Shown: positions 45,065-55,208 of the stretch, one piece after another
Position numbering within the stretch: the stretch's first letter is position 1
How the letters are laid out: every line of letters starts with the position of its first letter
Virus record (IMG/VR): IMGVR_UViG_3300048574_000149
Location: 1-64,000 of that record
Source: a virus
Lineage: Duplodnaviria > Caudoviricetes
Strand: one strand, 5' to 3'
Length of the DNA stretch: 64,000 nt
Notes under the pieces: generated by a model
What the model was told of the DNA's origin: nothing
What the model saw: only the letters and a program-made list of their open reading frames with translations
Databases searched by the model: none
Program-made: the position numbers and the translations under genes

Positions 45065-46165
45065 CTAATCCAGCCTCCCGTGTGGATGGAAGTCGACGGC
45101 AACCGGGAAGCGAGGCATACCATCGGGGGTCGGGGTGAAGTGGCGAATGGTGACCTGACGCTTGTCGCTCCAGTTCGGCCATTCCTTCAGCAGCTCGGCA
45201 GCGCGCGATTGGGTGCCGCGAATACCGGCACCACATTCGCGCCCGTCGGGCAGCGTGAACACGACGCGCTTCGCATAGCCGGCCCAGTTACCCTGACCCT
45301 CCTCGATGCGAGCGAGCGGAAATTCCGCGGTGATGAATTCCTTGCGCTTGAGCAAGGTCTTGGAGCGCTTGTCGACCTCGTAGGGCTGATCGAGCCGCAC
45401 CATCTGGCCCTCATAGCCCTGCTCCAGATATGCGCCGTAATGTCCGTCAAGCTCCGCCTGGTCGAGCGCCTTGTGCGTCACGACCGGAACGATCGAGGGC
45501 ATCGTGCGCTCGCCGAAGATGGTCTTGAACAGAAAGAGATTGCGGGCCGAGAAATACTCGACCGCGTAGGATCCAGCCACGTCATAGACGTGATACTGAA
45601 TCAGCTTCGCTGCCTCGGCGCGCTTCTCCTCGTCGACGTTCTGCTTCCGCACGATCGAGGTGATCTTGTTGAAATCATCCTTTAGATCGTGATTGTAAAG
45701 CTCACCGTCAAACACCACGCCTGGGAATTCTTGGAAGATCGGCGCCAGCGCCTTCAGAATATGATCGACGTTGTAGTGGGTCTGATAGTCGCGCGTGAAA
45801 GCACCATCCTTTGTCACCAGCGCCCGGATCCCGTCGAGCTTGGGCTGCGAGAAGACCGGAAACTTGATCGCCTTCTGCTTGGCGAAATCCTGGGCCAGCA
45901 TCGGCGACATCGGCACGCCATCGAGCTCCTCGACAGTCCGACGATATTGCCGATCGAGCTTCTTCTTAAACTCGGCCTGCGCCTCGAACGCCGCCTGTTC
46001 CTCGTCGGTCGCTTGCGATTTCGCCTTGCAATCGGTCCAGGCGCTCGTCACGGGCGCCCCACCCTCGATGCCGGCGATCGTGCGATAGCGCGGCCCTTCG
46101 ACCTCGTATTGCCAATAGCGAGTCTTGCCGACTGAATCGCGCTGATAAATCTTGTCCGAGATCAT
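45065..46165 (-). CDS. lig: ATP-dependent DNA ligase
   Basis: PMLA, QPKLDGIR, FDGELY, YEGQMVR, KRS..LLKRK, OB tail PRFP. Confidence 0.93.
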   Translation of the reverse strand: MISDKIYQRDSVGKTRYWQYEVEGPRYRTIAGIEGGAPVTSAWTDCKAKSQATDEEQAAFEAQAEFKKKLDRQYRRTVEELDGVPMSPMLAQDFAKQKAIKFPVFSQPKLDGIRALVTKDGAFTRDYQTHYNVDHILKALAPIFQEFPGVVFDGELYNHDLKDDFNKITSIVRKQNVDEEKRAEAAKLIQYHVYDVAGSYAVEYFSARNLFLFKTIFGERTMPSIVPVVTHKALDQAELDGHYGAYLEQGYEGQMVRLDQPYEVDKRSKTLLKRKEFITAEFPLARIEEGQGNWAGYAKRVVFTLPDGRECGAGIRGTQSRAAELLKEWPNWSDKRQVTIRHFTPTPDGMPRFPVAVDFHPHGRLD

Positions 46166-46698
46166 TTCTGCTCCTCGTTATTGATGGCCGACGCCAGATC
46201 GCCGGTCTTTGCAGCCTCGACAACAGCATCCGTTGCAACGGGACCCGCGGGTGCGGCAGCAACAGGCGGCGGGGTGTATTTCGGAATGCGCTTCGTCGCT
46301 GGCGCGCCGCTACGGGCACGCTCATTGGCGAGAAGCAGCAATTCACGTTCCCGATCGGAGCATTTGGCATCCTCGATATGCCGATCGATCACCGTGATCC
46401 GCGCGATGCGATTCAGGTCGACGGCATCGAGCTTGCCGAGGCTCATGGCGTTCTGAGAGTGATAGGGATCGCATTCCTCACGCAGCATCCGGTTGAGAAT
46501 GTGCGGGATCGGGCATTTGCTTGAATGCAGCGCCGCCTGACAGCCCTTGCGAACTGCGACTTCCTCGCCGCGCCAGACCTTGTCGCGCAATTGAAAACAC
46601 GGCGCGATCGCGACCTTGGTCTCGAAGATCGGACAGACGAAGCTGAACTGATTTTCCGGATCCAGGGTCTTGGAATGAACTGGATTGATGACGGCCAT
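46162..46698 (-). CDS. Cys-containing hypothetical protein with the shared motif at its C-terminus
   Basis: Ends VVEAAKTGDLASAINNEEQK. Confidence 0.75.
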   Translation of the reverse strand: MAVINPVHSKTLDPENQFSFVCPIFETKVAIAPCFQLRDKVWRGEEVAVRKGCQAALHSSKCPIPHILNRMLREECDPYHSQNAMSLGKLDAVDLNRIARITVIDRHIEDAKCSDRERELLLLANERARSGAPATKRIPKYTPPPVAAAPAGPVATDAVVEAAKTGDLASAINNEEQK

Positions 46699-47264
46699 TA
46701 GAACATTCCCCAAGCCGGATTGTCGTCAAAGCGCCGCGCGGCAGCTTCGGTTTCCTGGCGCGCGCGTTCTTCCTCCCGCTCGCGCAAGAGCCGATCCTGT
46801 CGCTCCAGCTCCTCGGGTGGAGTCGGAATTGGAGCTGTTTCTGCTTTCCAGGAACCGTCGGGGCGCTGCGCGAATGTCGTTGGTCGATGCGCGGCGGCGC
46901 CGGTCGTGTCGATTTCGTCGGACAGGAATTTCAGATCATCGGGATCGAGCTTCGGCCAATATTGACCAAGCTCGGCTTTGAACTCCCGCTCGTTGATGAC
47001 CTTCTTTTCGATGAGGGCAAATTGCTTGTAGCCCTTGCAAGGCGAAAACTTTTCCCGCTCCTTATTGGCGAATTCGTCGGCGATCTCTGTGTAGGAGCCT
47101 CGAACGACGTTCCAGCCAGTGCCCCAGGAATGAGCCTTGCCCCAGCGCTGAATAAGAAGCGCGCGATTGCCCTCCGCCAGGATCAGCACCTGGTGATAAT
47201 CCTTTCCGCCTGATGCGGAAGGCGCGCGATAGCTCACCTTCCTGATCATCATGGGAAATGGCAT
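46698..47264 (-). CDS. WGR-domain-like protein with C-terminal WGxF
   Basis: GGKDY...LIQRWGK...EK..KGY; ends NPAWGMF. Confidence 0.7.
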   Translation of the reverse strand: MPFPMMIRKVSYRAPSASGGKDYHQVLILAEGNRALLIQRWGKAHSWGTGWNVVRGSYTEIADEFANKEREKFSPCKGYKQFALIEKKVINEREFKAELGQYWPKLDPDDLKFLSDEIDTTGAAAHRPTTFAQRPDGSWKAETAPIPTPPEELERQDRLLREREEERARQETEAAARRFDDNPAWGMF

Positions 47265-47316
47265 TACGGATCCTCTCGCTCGCTGTGTCTGTCGCGATTG
47301 ATATAGCGACTTTTCA

Positions 47317-48447
47317 CTAGGAGTGAGAGTCAGTCCTGACTGTTGCCAATCGCTGGAAATATGGGTTCTTCACGCGCCAGAGAATGTCGATCTCGGGGCT
47401 GTAACGGGTCGCCTCCCAAAATGCGCGGCGCACCACGTCTGTCGTGACCTCGTTGGGATCCTTCTCGGCCGGCAGCAGAGCGATCTTGGCGATGATCCCG
47501 ATGCCCGTCAGAAGCTTGGCCGCATCGAGCGCCGAAATCAGCGCCGCAGGCTCGCCGTCCCACATGATCGTGACCTCGCGCAGCCCGGACGCTTTGAGCT
47601 TGATGAAGGCGCCGAGCTGGTCGTTACCGTCTGGATCGCCGTAGCTCAGGTGCTTGCCGAACGAGCCGATCGGCACCACGTCGCGTAACGCCACCTCCCC
47701 ATCGAGCGCCGTCTTGATGGCGATCACGTCGAAGGCGCCCTCTCCCATACAGGCACGCTCGACGCTTGTGGCGTTTTGCCCGTTGAACAAATATCTGCCG
47801 GTTCCTGGCAGGCCGGACGGAAACAGATATTTCTTGTCGCCGACTAAACCCGTGACATCGCGGCCCTGAAAGGTGACCAGCTTTCCCTCCAAATCGAAGA
47901 CTGGGATGATTACGCGGTTGTTGAAGTTCTGCCGGCCTGACGTGCCGTCGATATTGGTGAACCGCCAGACACCCTTTACGCAGCAACGCAAGTGAAAGAA
48001 CTTCGCCAGCTCGCCGGTGATGTGGCGATCCTCCAGATATTGCAGGTTTCGCCCGTCGGGCGTCGGCAGCTCGAAGGATTCCGGCAGCTCGACGCTGTCC
48101 ATGACGACCGCGGCCGTCGTGGTGCGCTTGGGGCGCCAGCCCTGCTCTTTCAGAACATCGCGGACATAGTCGTAGGTTCGGCCCCAGTCGCGTTTGCTTT
48201 CAGGGTCGTGGCCTAGATACAGATGGATGAACTTGATGTTGTTGAAGGTCTCATTACAGACGAAGCAGTTTCCCCGCCTGGTGTCCTCGCCCATATAGGT
48301 TCGATAGCGGCCGTCACCGCAATTCGGGCAGGTCTGGATCTGGAACTGCATACCGGAACGACCGCGGGAGCGCTTGTAACCAATGCTCTCGCGGTCGAGC
48401 CAGTATTCGAAATCCAGGTTGTCGCTGAGCTCCTGATTGTCGCTCAT
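47317..48447 (-). CDS. DNA primase (zinc finger + TOPRIM)
   Basis: CPNC..CFVC, RVIIPV, FQGR, GEGAFD, WDGE, KDPNE. Confidence 0.9.
   Translation of the reverse strand: MSDNQELSDNLDFEYWLDRESIGYKRSRGRSGMQFQIQTCPNCGDGRYRTYMGEDTRRGNCFVCNETFNNIKFIHLYLGHDPESKRDWGRTYDYVRDVLKEQGWRPKRTTTAAVVMDSVELPESFELPTPDGRNLQYLEDRHITGELAKFFHLRCCVKGVWRFTNIDGTSGRQNFNNRVIIPVFDLEGKLVTFQGRDVTGLVGDKKYLFPSGLPGTGRYLFNGQNATSVERACMGEGAFDVIAIKTALDGEVALRDVVPIGSFGKHLSYGDPDGNDQLGAFIKLKASGLREVTIMWDGEPAALISALDAAKLLTGIGIIAKIALLPAEKDPNEVTTDVVRRAFWEATRYSPEIDILWRVKNPYFQRLATVRTDSHS
47328..47341. promoter_or_regulatory. AGTCA-N4-TGACT operator inside the primase 3' end
   Basis: AGTCA GTCC TGACT upstream of the -10 at 47301-47307. Confidence 0.85.
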
Positions 48448-49850
48448 ACCCGCCCCAGGACCTTCTTGATGAATTTCATCCGTGAGCGATCCTGCTGGAT
48501 CCGGATCGAGAATTCGCCTTCCTGGTTGCGCGAGGCCGCGAAGTAGAGCCTGGCCTCGCCGGCAAGGACCTCTGCCTCGGTGGCCGAGATCGAGATCACC
48601 AGATCGGCGTGCCGGACCTTGTTGATGTCTTCGGCGACGTTTTCAGCCTTCACGGTGACCGCCTTAAAGCCCTCTCGATTGGACTGGGTGGCCGTCAGAA
48701 CGGCTGCATTTTCTTCCGTTGCGATCGCGCGCAAAGCGAGCCAGATCGAGTTGGAGTTCTCTCGCGCCACGTCGCTCTTATCGTCGGGCGCCATGATGTC
48801 GGCATAGTCAACCACGATCACGTCGAAGATGATGCCGCGCGTGCGGTAATTCGCGATCAGCCGGCGCAACTGCGACGGCGTAAGCGTTCCGCTCGGGAAT
48901 TCATGGATCTTGATGTGACCATGCCGAGTGGAATCGTAGAGCCGCTCGATGATGGACTGGACGGACTTGGCGCTCTTGCGCAGCTCCTTCATCATCGTAT
49001 CGGCGAGGTTGGCATCGATACGATCGGAATAGATGCGCGCCGATACCTCGCAGGAGCAGATCAGCACGTTGAAGCCAGCCATCGCTGCGTTCTTGGCGAA
49101 ATCGCCAAGACCCATCGACTTGCCTTTCTTCGCCGGCGCCAGGAGTGCTGAGACTTCCTTGCGACCCCAGCCCTGGTGCATCAGCTCGCGGTCGAGCTCA
49201 GGGATGCCCGTCGTAATGCCGTCAGGCTTGATTAGCCCGCATTCGAGCGCCACGCGATGATCGGTGCGGTTCCCGATTTCCTTCCAGTAGTCGTACTCGC
49301 CGCCGTTATCGGACAAGCCGACCTGTAGCGCCTGAGAGACCAGCTTCTCGATCCTGCCGAAATCACCCTTCTGCAGCGCCGAGACCGACGCGATGATCGC
49401 GTTCTCCATCGCCCGATGCCTGGCAAACTCCGCGACCTTGTCGGCCACGAAGTCGCGATCAGACGGCACCCGCCCGGTGATGATTTCGCGCAGCCGGTCG
49501 CGAATGAGCGGAACCAGATCGGAACGAATCCGCTTCTTCGCCAGCTCGTCCTTCAGGACGTAGGTGAGCGAGGCGAGATCGGGGGATTTCTTGTAACGCT
49601 TGAAGAAATCAGTGACGACCTTGGCGATCGCGCCGTCGACCTCGCTGGAGAAGTATTCCGGCTTGATTAGACCGTCGACCTTCCCCATGAACACGCTGTC
49701 TTTGGTCGCAAGCGCAAGGATCTGAGCCTGAAAGCGCTCGTCGAACTCGAATGGCCGCTCCTTCTCCTCGACGGCCGCGGGAACGGTCGACGGAGAGGAA
49801 ATGGCCGAGCCGAGCTCGCCCTTCTTGGCAGCTTCGACGACGGCGGTCAT
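48444..49850 (-). CDS. DnaB-like replicative helicase
   Basis: APAKKGKS Walker A, VVDYAD, TATQSNR, AEDINK, SRN. Confidence 0.92.
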   Translation of the reverse strand: MTAVVEAAKKGELGSAISSPSTVPAAVEEKERPFEFDERFQAQILALATKDSVFMGKVDGLIKPEYFSSEVDGAIAKVVTDFFKRYKKSPDLASLTYVLKDELAKKRIRSDLVPLIRDRLREIITGRVPSDRDFVADKVAEFARHRAMENAIIASVSALQKGDFGRIEKLVSQALQVGLSDNGGEYDYWKEIGNRTDHRVALECGLIKPDGITTGIPELDRELMHQGWGRKEVSALLAPAKKGKSMGLGDFAKNAAMAGFNVLICSCEVSARIYSDRIDANLADTMMKELRKSAKSVQSIIERLYDSTRHGHIKIHEFPSGTLTPSQLRRLIANYRTRGIIFDVIVVDYADIMAPDDKSDVARENSNSIWLALRAIATEENAAVLTATQSNREGFKAVTVKAENVAEDINKVRHADLVISISATEAEVLAGEARLYFAASRNQEGEFSIRIQQDRSRMKFIKKVLGRV

Positions 49851-50113
49851 TTTTCGAGTTCGTAACGTGCTACCGCGTGCTTTTGAACAGTCATCACTGA
49901 CTGACCAATCTGGATCTGAAAAGTGTATGGGTCGGCATTCAAAAGCCTACCCGTGGTGAAGGCCGATTCTTCGGCCATACCGTGATAAAGGTAGATTTTC
50001 TTGCCGAACGCCGCCTTCAGCTCAGCCTGGTGCGACCAGGCCGGCGGTTTGATCTTGTGCCGCTTGCCATTGCCGTGCCGCTCGACCACCACATTGTTGA
50101 CGGTGCCCATCAC
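49847..50113 (-). CDS. Hfq/LSm-like protein
   Basis: IYL..G...G.L...D.Y (Sm1-like) and VQKHAV (cf. Hfq YKHAI Sm2). Confidence 0.6.
   Translation of the reverse strand: MMGTVNNVVVERHGNGKRHKIKPPAWSHQAELKAAFGKKIYLYHGMAEESAFTTGRLLNADPYTFQIQIGQSVMTVQKHAVARYELEK
49889..49902. promoter_or_regulatory. AGTCA-N4-TGACT operator inside the Hfq-like gene, just upstream of the helicase
   Basis: AGTCA TCAC TGACT. Confidence 0.8.
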
Positions 50114-50135
50114 TCACTCTCTGCTCGTTGATGTC

Positions 50136-50867
50136 TCAGTTATAGCGCGAGAACTCAGGCAGTGTTTTGCCGTGTTCCAGGATATCGTCGAACCGCTCCT
50201 GCCCTAGTCGCTGCGCGACGATCTCGGCCGGCAGCACCTGATCGCGATAGATCAATTCGGCGAGCCGCTGCGGCGGATTGAACTTCGCCTCGGTCTGGGC
50301 AAAGATCCAGTCATGGTGCGCGAGCTGCTCGCGCGTGCCCTGGAAATTCCGGTTCTGATATTGCGGCAGCTTCGAATACCAAAGCCGATCAGCGATCAGA
50401 TCCTTCCAGCCCTTCTGCGCTCGATCCGTAACCAGGTCCGAATAGAGCGTATTCGGCCGCGGCAGATATGCCTGGTTCCAGTATTTCAGGTTCGAATCGA
50501 AGGCGAAGTTCAGGTAGATATCGTAGGGCATGCAGAGCGCGTCGGCGATCTGACGCCCGCGCCAGATGCCCGAGACCCGCATCGGCTTCGCGTCGGCGAA
50601 GAAATCTTCACCCTTGAACGGGCTCACATAGGGCGCACGAGCGGCGTCCATGTATCGCTTGTAGAAGACCTGATAGGTCTTCTTCAGCTCATGGGCATAC
50701 AGGTATGTGGCCTTGACGGGACTGATGAAGCGGTAATCGAACCACTTGCCCGTATAGAGCAAAGCCTCGTGCTTGAGCCATTTTCTGTTGATGCGGAACA
50801 TGCGCTCTATCTCCTCGTGTGGAGTGAGCGTGGTTCCAAAAATCTCAGGGTTTTCGTTGTCCGTCAT
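50136..50867 (-). CDS. Conserved-looking hypothetical protein (replication module)
   Basis: Aromatic-rich ORF upstream of the helicase; KWFDYR motif. Confidence 0.7.
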   Translation of the reverse strand: MTDNENPEIFGTTLTPHEEIERMFRINRKWLKHEALLYTGKWFDYRFISPVKATYLYAHELKKTYQVFYKRYMDAARAPYVSPFKGEDFFADAKPMRVSGIWRGRQIADALCMPYDIYLNFAFDSNLKYWNQAYLPRPNTLYSDLVTDRAQKGWKDLIADRLWYSKLPQYQNRNFQGTREQLAHHDWIFAQTEAKFNPPQRLAELIYRDQVLPAEIVAQRLGQERFDDILEHGKTLPEFSRYN

Positions 50868-51678
50868 TCACTGCTCGTAACACCCGACGGACTCCTGCTG
50901 AATCGTCGTCGCTTGCACTATAGCGATTTTTCTCAGGCTCTCGATCCTCGTAGCGCTCAATGATCGCTTGGCAGAGACCGGAGCGCACGATATCGGCGCG
51001 CGAGAAGACCACCTGCTCGACCCCTTTCAACCCGCGCAGCCGCACCAGGGCGTCGGCCAAGCCGGAGGTGCCTGGGATATCCTGCTGTGACAGATCGCCG
51101 TTGACTATCACCTTGCAGTTCTCGCCGATGCGCGAGAGGAACATTTTCATCTGGGCCGGCGTCGTATTCTGCATTTCGTCGGCGAGCACCCAGCAATTCT
51201 TGAAGGTGGCGCCGCGCAGATAGGCGAGCGGACGCGCCTCGATGATGCCGGACCTGACGAAATATTCGAGCGGGCCGGATCCGAGCTGCTCCTCCAGCGC
51301 ATCGCGCACGGGCCGGAAATATGGATCGTATTTCTCGTCGAGATCGCCCGGCAGAAAGCCAAGACTTTCACCCGCCTCGATCGCGGGCCGGGTCACCACA
51401 ATCCGCTCGATCTCTTTCCCATCCAAAGCCTCGGCCGCACGCGAAGCCGCCCACCAGGTTTTCCCGGTGCCGGCGGGGCCGATGCCGAAGGTCAGCGTGT
51501 TCGCGAAGATCGCAGCATCATAGGCGTGCTGCGCGTCGGTGAGCGGTTCGAGCGGCTTGCGCGAGGCCTGCACGCGCGGCCGGCGAGCCTGATCTTCCCG
51601 GACTAGTTCTAGGAGCGGTTCATGGTTCTTTCGGCCTTTTCGTTCTTTTCGTCTGTCGGGCCGCTTTCGGGGAGCCAT
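50845..51678 (-). CDS. phoH: PhoH-family ATPase
   Basis: GPAGTGKT, TRP, GFLPG, YLRGATF, DEMQN, GD..Q.D, DIVRS. Confidence 0.95.
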   Translation of the reverse strand: MAPRKRPDRRKERKGRKNHEPLLELVREDQARRPRVQASRKPLEPLTDAQHAYDAAIFANTLTFGIGPAGTGKTWWAASRAAEALDGKEIERIVVTRPAIEAGESLGFLPGDLDEKYDPYFRPVRDALEEQLGSGPLEYFVRSGIIEARPLAYLRGATFKNCWVLADEMQNTTPAQMKMFLSRIGENCKVIVNGDLSQQDIPGTSGLADALVRLRGLKGVEQVVFSRADIVRSGLCQAIIERYEDREPEKNRYSASDDDSAGVRRVLRAVNDGQRKP

Positions 51679-51709
51679 TTCAAACCTGCACTATTAGCCA
51701 AGGCGCACG

Positions 51710-52072
51710 TCACGACCAGAATTCGAGGGTAACAACCGTCGTAGCTGGTGCGATCAGAAGAATATGCGTCGTTCCTTCCGGGATCTCTCGCATGCCCGGT
51801 TTGAATGCCGGCGCCGAGCCATTGGTCACGTCAGCCGCCGGAACAGTGATTGCCGTGTTGTCGGACTGGAAGCGCGCGTAGAAATCAGCATTGGCCGAGA
51901 AGTTGACGTAGCGGGCGCCCGCGGGCACCGCATGCGCCTCCGATGTGTTGGCGGCAAGAACACGAGCGTCGATAAAACCCGAACCCTCCGGAATAGAATT
52001 CCGGCGGGCGAATACCGGAGCTTGATTGCGACTTTCGCGCTGCGCAGCGCCAGTGAAGGGCGTTAGAGCCAT
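51710..52072 (-). CDS. Probable small virion structural protein
   Basis: Beta-rich jelly-roll-like composition; own operator and GAGGAG RBS. Confidence 0.55.
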   Translation of the reverse strand: MALTPFTGAAQRESRNQAPVFARRNSIPEGSGFIDARVLAANTSEAHAVPAGARYVNFSANADFYARFQSDNTAITVPAADVTNGSAPAFKPGMREIPEGTTHILLIAPATTVVTLEFWS

Positions 52073-52099
52073 GATGTGTTCTCCTCGTCCAATAAGTAT

Positions 52100-52113
52100 A
52101 GTCAGTTCTGACT
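52100..52113. promoter_or_regulatory. AGTCA-N4-TGACT operator
   Basis: AGTCA GTTC TGACT overlapping CTATACT. Confidence 0.85.
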
Positions 52114-52120
52114 GGCGATA

Positions 52121-53974
52121 CTAGCCGCGAATTTTTCCGTTCTGCATGGTCACGAGCGCACGCTTGCCGTCGGGGTATTGCACGATGTGACTTACAGCCC
52201 AGCCTGACGGCCCTTTGTTGTAACCGTGCTGCAGCTCCATGGTGCCCGCGACATAGACGCCATCCATGATCTCGGGCGAATGCTTGTCGCCGATCGACAT
52301 TTTCTTTCCGATCCTTGAAAAACCTGCGACGGATCCTTTGGCGCCGTTGGCACCGCGGAACCCGTGATGTCCGCATTCGACGCCGTCGATAACGAACGAC
52401 TTGCCGTCGATCACCCATTTCACATTGCGCAGGCCGCTATCGATCTTGCGGACCGCGTATTCGAGCAGGCTGAAGGATGGCGTTGGCTTGTAGGCGTTGA
52501 GCGCATCCCCTACCCGCTCGCGGTATTCCATATAGGCGTCTTCGAGCTGCAGACCGAGACGGATATTCTTGCCGTCGAGCCGGTAGCGACCCTCGCGAAC
52601 GTATTTCTCCAGCGCCAGGTCATGATTGGAATCGACGACCCACACGGTCATGCCTCGCCGGCAGATGAAGCCCAGAAAGCGAGCTGCGTCTTTCAGCTCG
52701 TCGAGAACATTCTCCTTGCCGCGATGCGCCACCTCGTAGAAGTGGGCATTGTCCTTCTGGTTGTGGTGATTACGGGCATAGTTGTCGAATACGTCGTGAA
52801 TGAAGATGTCCTTTGGCTTCAGCAGATCGAGCAAGGAGCCTTTGATAGGAGCGCCTGTGTCGATATCGATGCCGAAAGTGGCGCCGGCATTCTTCGGCGT
52901 CAGCTTTGCCCGATGCACGTCGCCAAAGGTGATGGCGCGCGCCCGGTGACCGCGCGTGACCTTGGCTTTCTTCACGAAGGCATCGAGATCGTAGAAGTCG
53001 CCATCCTGGTTGGCCGAAATATGCCGACAGAAGATATCGCCATCCTGGTCGAACTCGACGACAACGGCGCCGATGACGTGATGGAAGATCGACTTTACGC
53101 CAGCCTTGCGCGGAATGATCTTGGGCCTGGTGCAGGACCCGGTCGTCATCACCTGGTGCGCCTGGATCGATGGATCGGTCGAGGGCACGCTCTTGAGCTG
53201 CCGTTTGGCATGCGGAAACACGGCCCAGCGGCCGCGGCTATAGGTGACCAGGTCTGAAATGGGACGCGACGCCGTGGGCAGGGTGTTCATTTCGCCGCAG
53301 AACACGAAATTCTTGCCGATCTTCATCTGACCGAAGCACAGATAGTCTTCCAGCAGCGGATCGTAGGAGCGCGAGGTCGGGTTGTTCTCGGCCCACCATT
53401 GCGTTTCGTAGGTCCACGGCCCCACCACGATCTCGGCGCCGATATCCGCCGCATAGGCCTGCAGATTGATCCAGAAGCCTTCGTGAACCTCGGTATCGTT
53501 CTGCGCGCCGGTGAAGATGAAGCGCCGCCCCTTGCAATCCTCGATCGGATTCACCCGCAAGGTGTCGGAGAGCCATGTTCTGGGTGTGCTTTCCTTCTGC
53601 ACGCGCGCCCAGACCTCGCGATCCCAGACGTGGATCATCGAGCTTTCGACAATGACCGATTCCGGGTTGATGACTGGATACTGGGACTTGGTGAGAAGCG
53701 TTGTGATTTCGCTGGACAGCGTCTCGGCGCGCCGATCGGCATGCTGCTTGGGCGTGCCCTTGTTCTTGGTGACCGCTCGGGCCTTGTTCTGCTCCTCCTG
53801 ACGATTGAGGATTGTAGGTCCCTTACCCTTTCTGTTCATCGCCCGGAGAATGGCAGAGCGATTGCGAACCGTCTGATAGGTGATGCCCAGCTCGACGCAG
53901 ACATCAGCAAGAGAAGGATGCTTTTCCAGATCGTTGAAGACGCTGGCGAAGCGATCCCAGTCAATAGCCGGCAT
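52121..53974 (-). CDS. Large metallophosphoesterase-like phage protein with N-terminal HTH (T5 A1-like)
   Basis: GDVH, HD.FD, SNHD, HGFRG, GDKHS motifs in the C-terminal half. Confidence 0.65.
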   Translation of the reverse strand: MPAIDWDRFASVFNDLEKHPSLADVCVELGITYQTVRNRSAILRAMNRKGKGPTILNRQEEQNKARAVTKNKGTPKQHADRRAETLSSEITTLLTKSQYPVINPESVIVESSMIHVWDREVWARVQKESTPRTWLSDTLRVNPIEDCKGRRFIFTGAQNDTEVHEGFWINLQAYAADIGAEIVVGPWTYETQWWAENNPTSRSYDPLLEDYLCFGQMKIGKNFVFCGEMNTLPTASRPISDLVTYSRGRWAVFPHAKRQLKSVPSTDPSIQAHQVMTTGSCTRPKIIPRKAGVKSIFHHVIGAVVVEFDQDGDIFCRHISANQDGDFYDLDAFVKKAKVTRGHRARAITFGDVHRAKLTPKNAGATFGIDIDTGAPIKGSLLDLLKPKDIFIHDVFDNYARNHHNQKDNAHFYEVAHRGKENVLDELKDAARFLGFICRRGMTVWVVDSNHDLALEKYVREGRYRLDGKNIRLGLQLEDAYMEYRERVGDALNAYKPTPSFSLLEYAVRKIDSGLRNVKWVIDGKSFVIDGVECGHHGFRGANGAKGSVAGFSRIGKKMSIGDKHSPEIMDGVYVAGTMELQHGYNKGPSGWAVSHIVQYPDGKRALVTMQNGKIRG

Positions 53975-53994
53975 GCAAACCCTTCCCGGAAATC

Positions 53995-54008
53995 AGTCAC
54001 AACTGACT
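53995..54008. promoter_or_regulatory. AGTCA-N4-TGACT operator
   Basis: AGTCA CAAC TGACT next to GCTATAT. Confidence 0.85.
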
Positions 54009-54077
54009 TATGATATAGCACCGGAAATCACTCCGGTGCAACTTTCCCAGAACCTATTTTCGTCTATCTTTCTTCTC

Positions 54078-54449
54078 TTACTTTTTCTTCTTGCTGGAAA
54101 TAGGCTCCGGGAAAGCAACGCGCGATTGCTCCGGCGTGCTCGGCCGGCTCGGAGAGCCATTCCGCTTCTGGTAATAGTTCATCACCGCGTTCGCCTGGCC
54201 CATCCAGTTGCCGATCTCAACCTTGTTGTCGAGCGACCTCTGCGCCTCATTCGGCGTCAGGCATACATTCGGGCCGCACGGCTTGTACGGCTCGTCATAG
54301 ATCGCGATCGGCGCTGGGCGGGCCGGCGCGATCGGCTCAACGGTTCGGGTCGGAACGAGCTGGGGCTTCGCCTCGCGAGCGACGTTCGAGCATCCGGTTA
54401 AGAGCACCATTGCGCTCGCGCAAACCATCAACAGCTTTGACCGGGTCAT
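54078..54449 (-). CDS. o-spanin (Rz1-like lipoprotein)
   Basis: LLTGC lipobox, Pro-rich, overlaps the 3' end of the i-spanin in another frame. Confidence 0.75.
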   Translation of the reverse strand: MTRSKLLMVCASAMVLLTGCSNVAREAKPQLVPTRTVEPIAPARPAPIAIYDEPYKPCGPNVCLTPNEAQRSLDNKVEIGNWMGQANAVMNYYQKRNGSPSRPSTPEQSRVAFPEPISSKKKK

Positions 54450-54867
54450 TGGTGAAATCCTTTTGCAGGTCATATTCGTTCAGCGTCTTGCGCAGTTGGG
54501 CGGTTTCGTCGGCGAGCGAGTTTCGCTCAGACTCCAACTCCTCAACGCGCTGTTTGCTCAGGTCGTAGGTTCTCTCAGCCTCATCGGCGCGAATCTTCTC
54601 CAGATCCTTGAAGATCTCCTCCTGGGCGAGCTTCTCCTTGGTCAGGATCAGGCTCTTGACCGTGTCGTCGTATTGCTTCCAGCCGGCGAACACGATCAGC
54701 GTGATGCCAAATGCTGCAAGCGCCATGACGACCAGGCGCCAGGGAATGTTCTTGGCGACCAACCAGGCGACGGTGCTGCCGAAAAAGCCCAGCAGCGTCA
54801 TTCCCCAGAAGCCGACGCCCGCGGCCGAGAGCAGCCCGAGAGCCCACAAAACAATGGACAACATCAC
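54337..54867 (-). CDS. i-spanin (Rz-like)
   Basis: N-terminal TM segments followed by a periplasmic coiled coil. Confidence 0.7.
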   Translation of the reverse strand: MMLSIVLWALGLLSAAGVGFWGMTLLGFFGSTVAWLVAKNIPWRLVVMALAAFGITLIVFAGWKQYDDTVKSLILTKEKLAQEEIFKDLEKIRADEAERTYDLSKQRVEELESERNSLADETAQLRKTLNEYDLQKDFTNDPVKAVDGLRERNGALNRMLERRSRGEAPARSDPNR

Positions 54868-55208
54868 TCGTCACCTTTCTCGCCCTCACCGTCTTCTTCC
54901 GACGGCGGCGCGGAGTTTGGATCGTTCATTTTCTCGGTCATCGACGACCAGTATTGGCGCTTGTTGTTGTCATCCCAGACCGCGCCGAACACGTAGAACA
55001 TCAGGATCGACATGATGGCGCCGAGCAGCGTCATGAAGATCTGAACCGCAAAGCCGGAGCCTGCGAAGAACAGCACGTTGATCAGCACCACCTCGGCGTT
55101 GACCGACAGGGCGATGACCGCGAAGCGCATCCAGCGGCGGCGAATGGGCCAATTATCCTGCCAGAGCTGCTCGGCGATCTTGTTGTCGAGCACCTTTCGA
55201 ATAGACAT
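54864..55208 (-). CDS. Holin-like 2-TM protein
   Basis: W..RRR then two TMs, YVFGA.WDD, charged tail; upstream of the spanins. Confidence 0.65.
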   Translation of the reverse strand: MSIRKVLDNKIAEQLWQDNWPIRRRWMRFAVIALSVNAEVVLINVLFFAGSGFAVQIFMTLLGAIMSILMFYVFGAVWDDNNKRQYWSSMTEKMNDPNSAPPSEEDGEGEKGDE

